This document shows positions 8,674 to 20,700 of a stretch of DNA of 64,000 nucleotides, in pieces. Source of the DNA: a virus. Lineage: Duplodnaviria; Heunggongvirae; Uroviricota; Caudoviricetes. The stretch spans positions 48,062 to 112,061 of the IMG/VR virus record IMGVR_UViG_3300001199_000002. The stretch is one strand, 5' to 3'. Each line of letters begins with the position of its first letter. The stretch's first letter is position 1. A program made the position numbers and the translations under genes. The notes below the pieces were generated by a model, which was not told the origin of the DNA, made no database searches, and saw nothing but the letters and a program-made list of their open reading frames with translations.

Positions 8674-9683
8674 CAAAGCCACAAGTAGAACTATCAGTTG
8701 AGCCAACGGTTCGAAACACAATCCAGGCAATGGAGCGTGTTACATCTGCTATTTTGGCTGGTAATCCCGCTGGTGCTGGAACCATATCTGGCAAGAAAGT
8801 AACTGCACAGTTTACGTTCAATATGCGCGATCCAAGTATGAAGCAGTCAATTGAAGAAGCTGCTCATCGTAAGATGGTAGCAGAAGTCTTTGGTAAGAAT
8901 GCTGTCATGCTAGAGAATGCAATTAGAAAAGCCGTAGAGATGGTGATTGAAAATATGGCTGGCCACGGGATGAATAATATCACCGTTCTTGGTCGTTCTT
9001 TAGGAAGAATGTCATCTAGAACAAGATTGACAGATGAACCATTTGCTCGTTACATTAAAAGTAAGGCTGGCGCTGGTGAAGTCGGCTTGCCTGATCCTAA
9101 TGAATCACTAGACCAACTCAAGATTGCTCTAATCGCAGCAATCACTGTAGATGTCGTAGTTCGCAAGAATGGTCCACAGGTAAAATTCAGATTCGATCAA
9201 CGAAAGTTGCTCAAGTTGACTCCACATCCAGATCAGTTTGAGGGCGGACCAAAGGGTGCATTCTATTCATGGCTGAGTCTTGTGACAGGACCAGACTTTG
9301 TAAGTAGCATTCCTGGATACGCCCTAGTGCGTGTTGGAGATATGCAGAAGGAAAAACGTAAAGCATCATCAAAAACATCTGGCCTAACTAGTGTAAAAGC
9401 CCTACGTGGCATGAAGAAAGTTGAATTCATTCAGAATGTAATCAGTGTCTCGCGCACGCGCGGATATGCGGGCGAAATGGCTGGTGTAATGCTTAGAACC
9501 AATCGAAAAGGCACTTCAAAGAAGTCATCTGCCGAGTTTTTCGGTGGCAAGTCACAAGACTATAAGCCAAGCAAGAACTTCAGTGGATTTTGGGATAAAT
9601 GGTGGGTTCAAAGAAAGCAAGAACTCGCTGTATTTGTGCGTCGTATTATGGGAGCCGCAGTTAAGGCAATACTCAAAGGATAG
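8670..9683 (+). CDS. Putative neck/tail completion protein (basic)
   Basis: GTGA overlap, 337 aa, Lys/Arg-rich; function from synteny only. Confidence 0.4.
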   Translation: MTKPQVELSVEPTVRNTIQAMERVTSAILAGNPAGAGTISGKKVTAQFTFNMRDPSMKQSIEEAAHRKMVAEVFGKNAVMLENAIRKAVEMVIENMAGHGMNNITVLGRSLGRMSSRTRLTDEPFARYIKSKAGAGEVGLPDPNESLDQLKIALIAAITVDVVVRKNGPQVKFRFDQRKLLKLTPHPDQFEGGPKGAFYSWLSLVTGPDFVSSIPGYALVRVGDMQKEKRKASSKTSGLTSVKALRGMKKVEFIQNVISVSRTRGYAGEMAGVMLRTNRKGTSKKSSAEFFGGKSQDYKPSKNFSGFWDKWWVQRKQELAVFVRRIMGAAVKAILKG

Positions 9684-9686
9684 GTT

Positions 9687-10751
9687 ATGTTCCACAAGCT
9701 AAGATATCTACTGAAGACAAGTATGCGGTTCTTTCTAGAGCAAGAACTGCTCCGCGATGGCAACTATGACGTAGTAACGTCTGGACTTCAATTCTATGAC
9801 GGCTCTGATATGAGTTTGCTAGTTGCAGATACTGGAGATGAGGTATTGGCTGAGGCTGGCGGACTCGTCGCTGGTCAAGTATGGCAATCTGCATTCAAGA
9901 ACTGGGTCTATGAAGACGTTCCAGCGCTTAATCCTTCAGTGGTCCTAAGAAGATGGCCAACTGCATTCAGAGCAAGTGGTGTCTATATTAACGGTGCCTT
10001 CAGAACGCCAACTGATGCCGTCTATCCACACACAATTGACTACATTAATGGAAGAGTTATCTTTCACTCACCCCTTCCACTCACAACTAGAGTTCATGCG
10101 GACTTTACTTACAAGACAGTAAGTATTCTTGGTTTGCGCGAATTCAATAACCAGCTAAGAGGAGCTACGCTAGAACAACAGTATCTAAACAATCCAAGAA
10201 CTGCTAATCAGTTAGTTTATCCATCTGGAAGTACACGTATCGCTCCACTACCAATCATCTTCATTGAAGACGTTGGCCGTAAGTTTGGAGCATATCAGAT
10301 TGGCGATAGGTCTCTTGTATGCCATGACGAACTAAGCTTTGAGATTTGGACTCTAGATGAAAGCACTAGAGATAATCTTATCGATGTAGTATCGTTTCAG
10401 CAACGTAAGAGCTTCCCAATCATTAACTACAACATTGTGCCACTGCCATTATCTGGCTTGTGGAATACCATTAGCCCGGAGTTTGTGCCATATAGCGGCT
10501 TGGCATTAAATCAACCACTCCCAGGACCACAATTTTCTGGTCTTAACCCAGTCGCTTTCCGTGGCTTTATCGAAGAAACTGAGCTTCAAGACCTAGATTC
10601 GCTATTTAGCGAAAGCGTCACTCAAAGCCCAGTATTCGAAAGAGCTACAATTAAGATGAGAGTAGTTACCTACCCGATTATGCCTACAACCCCGTTCGGG
10701 TTCGATGTGGTCCTTGAGGGCTTTAATGGCTCTGAGGGTAATCCACTTTAG
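9687..10751 (+). CDS. Putative tail terminator/neck protein
   Basis: Directly upstream of the tail tube gene. LPIIFIEDV...FEIWTLDESTRDNLIDVV resembles tail-terminator folds. Confidence 0.45.
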   Translation: MFHKLRYLLKTSMRFFLEQELLRDGNYDVVTSGLQFYDGSDMSLLVADTGDEVLAEAGGLVAGQVWQSAFKNWVYEDVPALNPSVVLRRWPTAFRASGVYINGAFRTPTDAVYPHTIDYINGRVIFHSPLPLTTRVHADFTYKTVSILGLREFNNQLRGATLEQQYLNNPRTANQLVYPSGSTRIAPLPIIFIEDVGRKFGAYQIGDRSLVCHDELSFEIWTLDESTRDNLIDVVSFQQRKSFPIINYNIVPLPLSGLWNTISPEFVPYSGLALNQPLPGPQFSGLNPVAFRGFIEETELQDLDSLFSESVTQSPVFERATIKMRVVTYPIMPTTPFGFDVVLEGFNGSEGNPL

Positions 10752-10759
10752 TGTATAAT
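10747..10759 (+). promoter_or_regulatory. Candidate late promoter TTTAGTGTATAAT (copy 2)
   Basis: Upstream of the tail tube gene; its TAG doubles as the stop codon of 9687-10751. Confidence 0.65.
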
Positions 10760-10822
10760 CAGTTTGGGTGTTCAACCCATCATGATGCATCTGATCAGAC
10801 ACGCAAATAGGAGAAAAACACA

Positions 10823-12205
10823 ATGGTAAATCGCAGAACATTTTACGCTATCGAGCAGGTAGCGATCAAGGATAATGCTGCGGCTCCGACAAACAGCGTG
10901 GCTCCACTCAACTCGCGCGAGTACGTGTCAGGTTTGTTCGCAAGAAGCTCAGTAGATGAAGTAAATGGCCTTTGGGAGATTCCTCGTGGTCTACAATCGA
11001 TCACGATGTCAACGAATTTCAATCGTGAGACAGTCTTCCAGCTAGGACAAGTAGAACTCTATGAGTATTCAGAGCGTCAGCCTGAAATTGAAGTTACCCT
11101 CGAAAAGATTATCGATGGTACAAAGCCACTCTGGTTCATGTTGACCGATCCAGCATTCACGGATCTAGTCGGAAAGACCGCTTTCTATCGCAGTGATATC
11201 CTTCTCAGTATCTATTCTGATACACGCTTCCGTGCAGGAAACGTAACACCACTTTCGACGGTACTTGCCTCTGGTATGTATCTATCGACGGTGACGTACA
11301 CGTTCCCAGTCGATGGCGCTGTAACGGAATCGATCACACTAGTTGGCAACGATAAGCGTTGGGCAAACTTTGACTCAGCACTTTCGGGTCAAACCGTAAG
11401 CACATATCCACCAGCCCTCACCCCACCAGCGGCACTGACACCAGTCGGTATCCCATCAGGTGTGTTTGGTCACGAGGACATCGGTGGTCTACAAGAGCTA
11501 GCGGGTGGCGATGGTGGATTCGGAGTTCTAGTAGTAGGCTCTGGTGTCCAGCGTCGTGAAGAGGTCGAGATTTCTCGATCTGTTCTTCCTGCTGACATTC
11601 CTGGTGTTATCACGCCTGTTGGATCTGGCACAACGATCAATAACATGATCAATGCTGGATACTTCTCGGCTGGTGTATCGGGCGCTGTCAACTCGGGTGG
11701 AACTTTGCTACAACAGCAGGTTGCAACAGCAAACACTGACAACATCGCAGAGCACATTCAGTCGATTACAATCACTGCCGACATCGGTCGTGAGGATATC
11801 TTCGAGCTAGGTTCGAAGCGTCCATATGCCAAGTTCGTGACCTTCCCAGTGGAGATCACAACTGCAATTGAAGTAATCACGTCACAAGGTGACCTTGTGA
11901 ATGCTCACTCAGCGATTGACTGTGGACCAGACAACTCTCGCGCCAACAACTCAATCATCCTGCGCACCTGCGAAGGTCTACAGGTTGACGTAGGTGACAC
12001 GAACGTTCTAACGAGCGTCGAGGTCGGTGGTGGCGAAGCTGGTGGCGACAACATGACCGTAACTTACAACTTCAGCACCTTCAACGTGTTGTATGTAACG
12101 CACGATCGGTTCCAGCCAAACCACAGAGTGCTAGTGTTCAGCACTGGACGTAGCCGCTTCAACTATGGATGCCCAGGTTACAGAAACCGTCTGACCGGCG
12201 TCTGA
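10823..12205 (+). CDS. Major tail (tube) protein
   Basis: Own promoter, RBS AGGAG and 3' hairpin. Two internal repeats (GLQSITMSTNFNRETVFQLG / HIQSITITADIGREDIFELG). Upstream of chaperones and tape measure. Confidence 0.7.
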   Translation: MVNRRTFYAIEQVAIKDNAAAPTNSVAPLNSREYVSGLFARSSVDEVNGLWEIPRGLQSITMSTNFNRETVFQLGQVELYEYSERQPEIEVTLEKIIDGTKPLWFMLTDPAFTDLVGKTAFYRSDILLSIYSDTRFRAGNVTPLSTVLASGMYLSTVTYTFPVDGAVTESITLVGNDKRWANFDSALSGQTVSTYPPALTPPAALTPVGIPSGVFGHEDIGGLQELAGGDGGFGVLVVGSGVQRREEVEISRSVLPADIPGVITPVGSGTTINNMINAGYFSAGVSGAVNSGGTLLQQQVATANTDNIAEHIQSITITADIGREDIFELGSKRPYAKFVTFPVEITTAIEVITSQGDLVNAHSAIDCGPDNSRANNSIILRTCEGLQVDVGDTNVLTSVEVGGGEAGGDNMTVTYNFSTFNVLYVTHDRFQPNHRVLVFSTGRSRFNYGCPGYRNRLTGV

Positions 12206-12226
12206 TAGTTAGCTAGTTTGGATTTT

Positions 12227-12254
12227 GAGCCCGCTCTCTTCGGAGGGCGGGCTT
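12227..12254 (+). terminator. Stable cUUCGg hairpin after the tail tube gene (terminator or 3' stabiliser)
   Basis: GAGCCCGCTCTC-TTCG-GAGGGCGGGCTT; the U-tract is short. Confidence 0.7.
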
Positions 12255-12270
12255 CGCATAGGGTAGGATT

Positions 12271-13512
12271 GTGGATCAGGATATTACCGAAGTTTTAGAT
12301 GCCATTGCGTGGGCACACAGAATTGTTCCAACGCCTAATGGACAGTATGTTTTTCGTCCTCTATCATTGCAGGATCGAAACATATCGAACCACATCTATA
12401 CTGAAGCATTGCGCTCTGGAAAATCTAACGGTCTTAAGACAAAAGAAGAGTTGAAGAAACAAGCTCTTCAGAAAGGCATCTGGAAGTCTCACTTCGATAA
12501 CGATCTCAAGTTGTTGCGGGAAGAGCTAAAAACTGCTCTGAAAGAACAAGAGAAGCTAGAAGAACAAATGAGAATCAAGAAGCAGAGGAACGAACCATCT
12601 GCATTGATTTCTCTACGCAAGAGAACTACATTCCTGCACGAAACCATTGAGCAACTAGAGAAGACACAAGCATCATGCATCGAATTGCCAAGCTTGGAGT
12701 ATTTTGCCGAACAGCAGAGGGCACACTTCGCCGTTGCGCAATGCACTCTTTGCTTTCCAGGCATGAATAAGAAGTGGCCAACATACAACGATCTTCTAGA
12801 AGAATCAGACACTACACTTGTCCATACTCTAATCAACGCATACTATCGTCAGGAGATCGCTGACGAATCAACTATTCGCGCAGCAGCACGATCTGCAATC
12901 TGGCGCATTAAATGGGTTGGATCAAAGAAGAATGGCGGTGTCAAAACACTATTCGGACGAGATATGTATGATCTTACCTTGGATCAATTTCGTCTTATCT
13001 ACTGGTCTCAAATTTATGACTCTGCATTCGAGGCAATGGAGCCACCAACAGACGAGGTTCTTGCAGATGACAAGTTGTTTGATGCTTGGCTAGACGAACA
13101 AGCAGAGAAGCGTAAGCAAGCAAAGACTAAGGCGGCGTTTGATAAGAAGCTACAGAAGACCAAAGATGGCCAAGAAGTTGGCATGACGGTGAATGGCTTC
13201 TTCTCAACAGAATGCACATGTGGAATCAAGGAAAAGGGAAGAGATGCCAAGTTGGCGCGACATGCTAATTCATGTCCTCATGGCGTCTTCTTTTACTATG
13301 ACGAAGATAACAAAAAGAAGCAACAAGAGGTCGAGACAATTCAGTCCGCCAATCCAGAACACGTTAGAAAGCTGCTAGCCAGAGAACAAGAGCTAGTTGC
13401 TAAGAAAGGCGTGGTTGCAGAACAAGATTTACGTAGGGATGATACGAGAGCGGTTCTCGGTATGCCTACGAAGCTAGTAGGACGGGATGGTCCAAGAGGA
13501 AGGGCAAGATGA
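12271..13512 (+). CDS. Tail assembly chaperone-like protein, long form
   Basis: Between tube and tape measure. The N-terminal half is homologous to 14045-14716. Confidence 0.5.
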   Translation: MDQDITEVLDAIAWAHRIVPTPNGQYVFRPLSLQDRNISNHIYTEALRSGKSNGLKTKEELKKQALQKGIWKSHFDNDLKLLREELKTALKEQEKLEEQMRIKKQRNEPSALISLRKRTTFLHETIEQLEKTQASCIELPSLEYFAEQQRAHFAVAQCTLCFPGMNKKWPTYNDLLEESDTTLVHTLINAYYRQEIADESTIRAAARSAIWRIKWVGSKKNGGVKTLFGRDMYDLTLDQFRLIYWSQIYDSAFEAMEPPTDEVLADDKLFDAWLDEQAEKRKQAKTKAAFDKKLQKTKDGQEVGMTVNGFFSTECTCGIKEKGRDAKLARHANSCPHGVFFYYDEDNKKKQQEVETIQSANPEHVRKLLAREQELVAKKGVVAEQDLRRDDTRAVLGMPTKLVGRDGPRGRAR

Positions 13513-14048
13513 ACGAGTTGAATGACGTAATAGGCAAGAGACTGCGTGGTATGGCAGTCCGTGTTCTTGCCTGTATTGAACATACTATCAAGGCTGATCT
13601 AGATGGGATTCAGGATGGTGAGAGATTCACAGTTATGGGTGGAGACCTAAAGGTCATTCGCTCTGAGATCCTAAATGCTGCTGGAGACACCACAAGGTCT
13701 CTAGGAAGTCTACTAGAACAGCCAATCAGTGGCAAAAGAACTATCTCAAGAGAGACTATTTTAGCGCTAAACAATGCTAAGCTAGAAATCTTGGAGTTCG
13801 AAGATGAATCCGTGCCTGTTTTTACCGCTACCGGAGATTTCGGTGTGTTACGTAAAATCAGGGATGAGGTTAAGGCTGGAATAGTGTATAATGCTATGTA
13901 TAAGTGTGCTGGCATTGAAGATGTGGTTAGTCATCTCATCCCATTTCTTGACGTAGCAGTTTTGACTGGTGTAAGAATCGCGGGTGGTGACTATAAGGTA
14001 TGGAGGGATCAGGTATGCAAACTCTATCTGGAGGGGTTGGAACAATGA
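13509..14048 (+). CDS. Hypothetical protein
   Basis: ATGA overlap; 179-aa ORF with genome-typical codon usage. Confidence 0.7.
   Translation: MNELNDVIGKRLRGMAVRVLACIEHTIKADLDGIQDGERFTVMGGDLKVIRSEILNAAGDTTRSLGSLLEQPISGKRTISRETILALNNAKLEILEFEDESVPVFTATGDFGVLRKIRDEVKAGIVYNAMYKCAGIEDVVSHLIPFLDVAVLTGVRIAGGDYKVWRDQVCKLYLEGLEQ
13882..13892 (+). promoter_or_regulatory. Possible internal copy of the promoter motif (TAGTGTATAAT)
   Basis: 11-nt match inside a CDS, about 150 nt upstream of the chaperone/tape measure genes. Confidence 0.4.
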
Positions 14049-14716
14049 CTGCTAAGGGAATCGAATTCAAGTCAGTGATTGATGGCCAAGAGGTCAAACT
14101 TCGCATGAAAGAAGAGACCATGGACATTGAGCGTAAGTGCGATGCAGAATACCATCTAGCATATACGCAACTTATGGTCAAGGGAATTATGCCACGGGCA
14201 ACCCTTGAGAAATACATGATCGAGAAGCAAATCTGGACAAGCGACGACGAGAAGAAGTTGAAAGAGCTTCAGTCTGAGATTGTCAAGCTTCAGATCAAAC
14301 TCGAAGACGCCAAGACTCACGATCAGGGATTGACAATTGCCAAGTCGATGGGTGAACTTCGCGGTCAATGTCTACGCCTTGTAGAAGTCAAGGCGAATGT
14401 GCTATCTAACTCATGCGAGTCGCTTGCTGATCAAATCAGACGCGATTCCTACATTGCCTTTGCCACCGTCTATGCAGATACAAACAAGCCGGTGTTCAAA
14501 GACTATCACGACTTCCTACGCCGGGCTGGTGACAGCGAACAGGTTGTTCTAGATGCACGTCAGGTCATCCTTGAGCTATCTACGTCTACCTTCAATGAAT
14601 CTCTCACTGGACTTCCCGAAGTTCACTATGTGAAGGGTGTTGAAAAGCAGATCCTAGAAGAGGCATCGAAGGCTGTGGAAGAAGGTAAGAAGGCAAAGAA
14701 GGCAAAGAAGGAGTAA
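14045..14716 (+). CDS. Tail assembly chaperone-like protein
   Basis: ATGA overlap; directly upstream of the tape measure; charged and helical. Confidence 0.55.
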   Translation: MTAKGIEFKSVIDGQEVKLRMKEETMDIERKCDAEYHLAYTQLMVKGIMPRATLEKYMIEKQIWTSDDEKKLKELQSEIVKLQIKLEDAKTHDQGLTIAKSMGELRGQCLRLVEVKANVLSNSCESLADQIRRDSYIAFATVYADTNKPVFKDYHDFLRRAGDSEQVVLDARQVILELSTSTFNESLTGLPEVHYVKGVEKQILEEASKAVEEGKKAKKAKKE

Positions 14717-14721
14717 CTTAA

Positions 14722-17700
14722 ATGGCAGGAGAAGACTTTACAATCGAAACGAAGCTAAAGATTGCTGGTGTCATAGCGACTGGCAACCTTGATGCTGGCA
14801 CGTTGAAATTCAAGGTCGATACTTCTGCATTAAAGAAGCTCGTCAAGGATGCAGCTAAGGCTGCCGAATCCGTAAAGACCAAGTTTGACAACATCAAGCT
14901 AAACAAGATCAAGCTTGAGATCAATCAGGCAAGTCTTCGTCAGATTGAAGCTCAAATTCGTGGAGCAATCAAGAATGCCGTAGGTAAGGCTAAGATTGTA
15001 ATCGACACGTCTCTTGGTAAAGGTCTCCAGGGTGATCCATTCAAGGCACAGCGCAACGCTGCTGACAAATCAGCCGAGTCGTTGAGAAATATGCACCAGT
15101 TGACCAAGGATGTCAACCAGGGTCTCCGTTCCTTGATGAACACACTAGCTAAGTTTGGTGGAATGGGACCAGCCGGTCCTGTAATCCAAGCCAATGCTCC
15201 TGGTGCAGGACTTCCACTTCCTCCTGGCGCTAAAGTAGTTGATCTATCATCTATCCAGCAGGAGATTAAGGCAAAGCAACGTCTAGGTGACTTCACGGAA
15301 CTTCTCAATCAGAAGCAGCGTGATGGTATCAAGATTTCACAAGCACAAGAGGCTCAGTTCTCTAAGGTTGAACGTGCGCGTCTACAGCGTATTCAGCAAC
15401 TACAGAAAGAGATTGAAGCACTCGGTCGTAAGGAGCAGCAACTAACCGGCGGCGGCGCATTTGGCTCTGGCCCACCCGGTGGTGGAGGCGGTGGCTTCGG
15501 CGGCGGTGGTGGAGGCGGTCGCGGTGGACGTGGCGGTTCAGGTGGCTTCAGCGGTGGCGGGGGCGGGGCAAGCTCTGTTCAGCAACTAGCATCAGCAATG
15601 TCAGAGGTCGAAAAGGCGACCAATAGGGCTGGTGAGGAGATGAACGAACTTGAGAGAATCGCCTTCGAGGTTGGTCGTAAGGCCGCAACATTCCGTGGCG
15701 TAGCTATTGCTATCAACACGGTAGTTAACGCATCTCAGGCCGCAATCAAATTCGTCATTCAATATAACGACTCATTGAAGGAACTAAATAAGGTTCTTCA
15801 AGTCAATGATAGCGTTCTTCAACTCATTGGCGACAAGCTATTCGGTCTTGCTAAGTCTTCAGGCTTTGCAGTTGATCAAACTGTTGCTATTGCTACAGAG
15901 TTTGCTCGTGCTGGTTTGGAAGGACGTGGTTATGGCAACGTTATTGAACTAACAGAAAAGGCACTGCTTGGTGTTCAGGGAACAAGCCTTGATACTGCAC
16001 AGGCTACTGAAATTATCATTCAGACCATCCAACAGCTAGAGGGTGGTGCGCGTGGTCTCGGCAAGGAACTAATCACAACAACTAAGTTGTTTGACATCCT
16101 TGGTAAGGCAGAGGATATTACCGCTTCAAAGGCATCAGACGTTCAAGATGCATTCAAGCGATCACTAGCATCTCTAAGTGCTACTGGTGCTTCTATGGAA
16201 GAACTAGTCGCCATTGTGTCTGTTCTACAAGAAAGAACACAACGTGGTGGCGACGTTATCGGTACTGCACTAAAGACCCTAGCGTCTCGTATTGGTAGTT
16301 CATCATCAGAAGCTGCTGTGGCACTTAAGTCAATCGGTGTTGAAACAGTTGACTCTGAAGGTAAGTTGCGTAACATCTTTGATGTGTTGCGTGATACATC
16401 ACAGGCTTTCGAAGGTCTAAGTGAAGTTGAGCAGGCGAATATCTCAGTCAAGGCTGCTGGTATCCGTCAGGTTGAAATCTTCCGCGCTGCCCTACTTGAC
16501 TTCAATCGTGTTCAAGAGGTCGCAACGGCGGGTGCTTTGGCAGAAGGCGATGCTCGCCGTAAGCAAAAGCTAGAACAAGAGAAGTTGGGTAGTGCAATTA
16601 TTCGTATTCAGGGTAGTCTCCAACAACTAGTAAAGACTGCTAGCGAGGGCGCTCTTGGAAAGTTGTTTGCTGGCGCGATTACTGCTGCCGATCAGGCTCT
16701 TAAGTTCATCTCTGATCTAGATGCCGCTGCTGGTGGATTCCTATCTACTTTTGCTGGTGGAGCTATCCTAATTGGTGGCTTTAAGGCCCTGATCCCAATC
16801 GTAAAGGGTATCTTCAAGGCATTCCAACTCTTCGTAGGTTCTACTCACGAAGCAAATAAGAATATCGTTTCATTCAATTCAGGTGCTGGTATGGCATCTG
16901 TGACGATCAACTCTAAGATGAACCCAGCCTTGGCAACAACGGCTGCAACCATGGTTCAGTTGAATCGCGAGATGGCTGCATACAACCAAGCCCAGGAACT
17001 CGCTGCTATTAGAGCGCAGCGTATGGCAAAGGCTCAGGAGCAAGCCGTAAGAGAACTTGGCGCAAGGGGTGTTACCGACCCAAGACGAATTGGAGCACGC
17101 ACAAGTCAGATCCTAGCTGCTGATGACGAAAAGAGAAACCGCGCAAGAAGCGAGGCTATTACTTCCGTTGTTCATCAAGGTGGAGCAAAAGGACTAATCA
17201 CTGCTGCAAAGACAGCGCCAGATCAGTTCTCTGACACTGAGCGTAAGCGTATTCTGGCACTTGAGAAGGTAACAGAGCAGGCAAAGGGTAAGATTACCGC
17301 TGGATTTACAGCAATCGGCAAGACGTTCACAACGCTAGCCAATCATCCAATCTTGACATCTATTGGATTTTCACTTCTTGCTGGTGGTCTAGATATGATC
17401 GCAGAGAAGACTGGATCCACTACAGCGAAGGTTGCATCTTCAGCAGCACAGTTTGCTGGTCTAGGTGCAATGTTCGGACCATGGGGTATCGCCATCGGAG
17501 CAGTTGGTGGCGCTCTTGGTCAACTCTTTGTTGAAATGAGAAAGGGTACTGGCACTATCGAGGAACTAACAAAGAAGTATACTCAACTTGGCCTAATCCA
17601 GACAGAGAATGGACAGGTCGGTGTTGATGCTGCTGAAAAGATCGATAAGGCATTCAAGAACATTGCAGCATTGAAGGGATTCCAACTTAGCGTTCAGCAA

Positions 17701-20700
17701 ACGGGTGCCGCGCGAGAAAAGGCTGCCAATACTCCTGGTGCAGTAGAGATTCCAGATTTTACATCAATCTTCCAAGAGGCTTCTAGAGCACTTAAGGAGC
17801 AGACTGGTGTTATTATGGATCTATCAGATGAAACTCTGGGCCAAATCGGTTCAGAGGCAAATAGATTTGTTGGTAGTCGTGAACTTGATGCTATTGTTGC
17901 AGCATATGCAGCTATCGCACCAAGTAAGGATGATGCGGCAAGACTCCAAGAGAGAGTCAATCAAATCATTCAAGAAACTGCTGACTCGATGCCACTAGAT
18001 GAACTTCGTGCGGAAAGAAGCAAGGTTAAGGATAAGGTAACTGAATTCCTTAACAATGTAAACGAAGTATTGGATAACGCTAGAACTGGCATGGACTCTT
18101 CGTTTGAGGACGCGCTACAAAGCATGGCGGCGGGTGACTTCTCAGAGGGAGTCAAGAAGGCTATTACAGACGCTATGCAGAATGCCGCTGCTGGTTCTGG
18201 TCCACAAACAAGACAGGGAACAACTCTAAGAACTGCTGGCGTAGAGAACTTGGTTTCTCAGGCTCGCGCTCTTGGAAATCGTAGCAATGAATTAAACCAG
18301 TCCGGTGGTCCATCTAAGAATGCACGAGTACTTGCTCAGGTTCAGAAAGAAGCACCTGAGATGCTTGACGCTGCCAAGAAACTTGCAATAGCCGAAAAGA
18401 ACGCAGCAGCAAGACAGGCACAGCTAGAAAGTCAATTGGCTGCATTCAGCAGTATCTCAACGGAGATGCTAACTGGAGCAGTTCAAATTGGCAAGTCGCT
18501 TGGTAGACCAATCGATCAACTACAACTATCGATGCGTGAATTCATTTCTGGATTCGCCAACGAAGTGATGCGTCTAAAGGAAGTCACAGTAACTGCCGCA
18601 ACTCCACAAAGGGAGATGGCTGCGGCTATGAAGAAGCTTGCCGAAGAGGATCTTGCAAACGCCCTGGCTAAGACTGGACTAGAGGGAGGCGACGCACGAC
18701 TTAAGTTCGAGAGCGAAATCCAGAAGTTGGTTTCATCTCCTGAAAAGCTTCTAGATGAAGGTGGTAAGGCTCTTGGTCAAGAAGATCAAAGAAAGGTCAT
18801 TGACGCAGTAAGAGAGATGGCTACCGGACTTAATCTAGCAGTTGAGCAGATTAGAACTCAGCAGGTTACCGATCCTCGTCAGCAACGTGAGATGCTTGAG
18901 GCAACTCTTCCAAAGGGCAATATCAGAAATGCTCTTAGCAAGGAGTTGCTTGATGGTATCGTTGAAAATGCTAAAGAGTTCGGCACAAAGATGATCGAAC
19001 TTGATACTGGCGTTGCCGAGAAGCGAATCAAGCTCAATCAGGCTGCTGTTGATGATCTAAAGGAAACTCTATCACAACAGAATAAGGAGCTATCTGTAAA
19101 TCGTCAACGTAGAGAGATCATTGCGCAAAATGCAGCAGCGGTCCTCGAAGAATTGACTGGAATGAGACAGCTAGTAACTGCTCGTGTTCTAGAATCACGT
19201 CAGGCTCAGGCAAATATCGCTGAAGCTAATAATCGTGTCGCAACTCTTGATAAGATGATTGCAGCAGAGAAGGCTGCCATTGCATCTACAAAGGATAATA
19301 CTGCTGCTAAGAATAGACTTATCATCCTAGAAGAAGAACAGACAAAGGAAGCTATTTCTCTAGAAGAGATGCTAGCCTCAGAACGCATCGCGTCCATCAA
19401 GAATACCTTGGCGGTTGCGCAAGAGGCAATTTCTGTAGGTCAACGTGAAGCTGACTTCCAAAAGACGATCATGTCAGGTCGTGGTGATCTAGTCGATCTA
19501 CTAATTGTTGGAGAAAAGCAGATCGATCAATTCAATCGTAAACTAGAGCAAAACGCTCAGACATATAGAGTAACTCAGGCTTCTTTGGCGTCAGAGATGG
19601 CTATTGTAAACGCAACGATTCAGGATGGTGCTGAGAAAGAGGCACGTCTGTCCGAAATCAGAAAGCGTGGAGCAATCGCCGCGATCGATGCAGCTAAGGC
19701 TGAGGCACAAATTGTTGCAGAGCGCCGTGCAGCAGCACAACAGCTTATTCAAGAGGGACTTGCCAATCAGGACGAGCAGGTTGCGGCACAAAAGGCTGTA
19801 ATTGATGCTACGGCAGCGCTATCAGACGCCTTCACTACATACAGAGAGGCGATTCAGGGCGCGATTATGGCAACGACTCAGTATCGACTAGGTTTGAGAC
19901 TAGCCGAAGTTGAGACGACAAGAATCACTGGTGGATTCTCTGGAATTAAGGAACAGCTATCGGCTGTAACTGATGCATTCCGTAGTTCTGAGAAGCTTGC
20001 TAGAGAGATGGGCTCTTCTGAGAAGACTCTAGTTGAAATTCGTAGACAGTCTATTGACGCTCAGCTATCTCTATTCAACCAACTACTATCACAGCAGTCA
20101 GGTCTAGCACGACAGTTCTTCCAGAGCAGTGCTGAAGATCAAGCTAGTCTATTCCAGGGTATCCAATCAGCCAAGGGCGTTGCCGATCTGCTTGGAGGAA
20201 GCTTTGCTAACTTCCAGAAGATGGGTGAGGGCGCAATCAACGATCTTGGCGCTCAACTACTCTCACTACCACAGGAAACACGCCAGCAGGTTGTTCGCTC
20301 ACTAGAAACCCTAGGTCAGGTAGGTGGAGCAACAGTTGGTGGCTTCACCCCAGATCAGCTACTAACTGCTATCGAGACAGCCTCGCTTGGCGTAAGTGAG
20401 GAAGGTCTTGATGTTGATCCACTATTTGAGGTCCAGAAGAGAATCGCTGACCTAACTGAACAGCAGGCATTCATTGCTACTGAACAGCTAATTGCATCTC
20501 AGCAGTCAGTCGAAGAGGCAAAGAAGCAGGTTGAGGAAGCCCAGGCAACTAAGGATCTAGCCGAGATTCAGCTAGAGCGTATTAAGGAAGAGGGCGCGGA
20601 GATTCGTGCTAAGCTCGCCGAGGTTAACTCTGACTTGCGCACTGTCCTTCTACAACAGGATGCCAATGCCAAGAATGGCTTCAATATGGTTACAGGAATC

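Noticed and set aside
8134-14716. Contractile tail sheath / myovirus morphology
   Set aside because: No sheath-like protein or baseplate wedge/J-like gene recognised. The absence is judged by eye only.
12271-14721. Programmed -1 frameshift in the tail chaperones
   Set aside because: No X XXY YYZ heptamer spotted at the ORF ends; junctions are ordinary ATGA overlaps.
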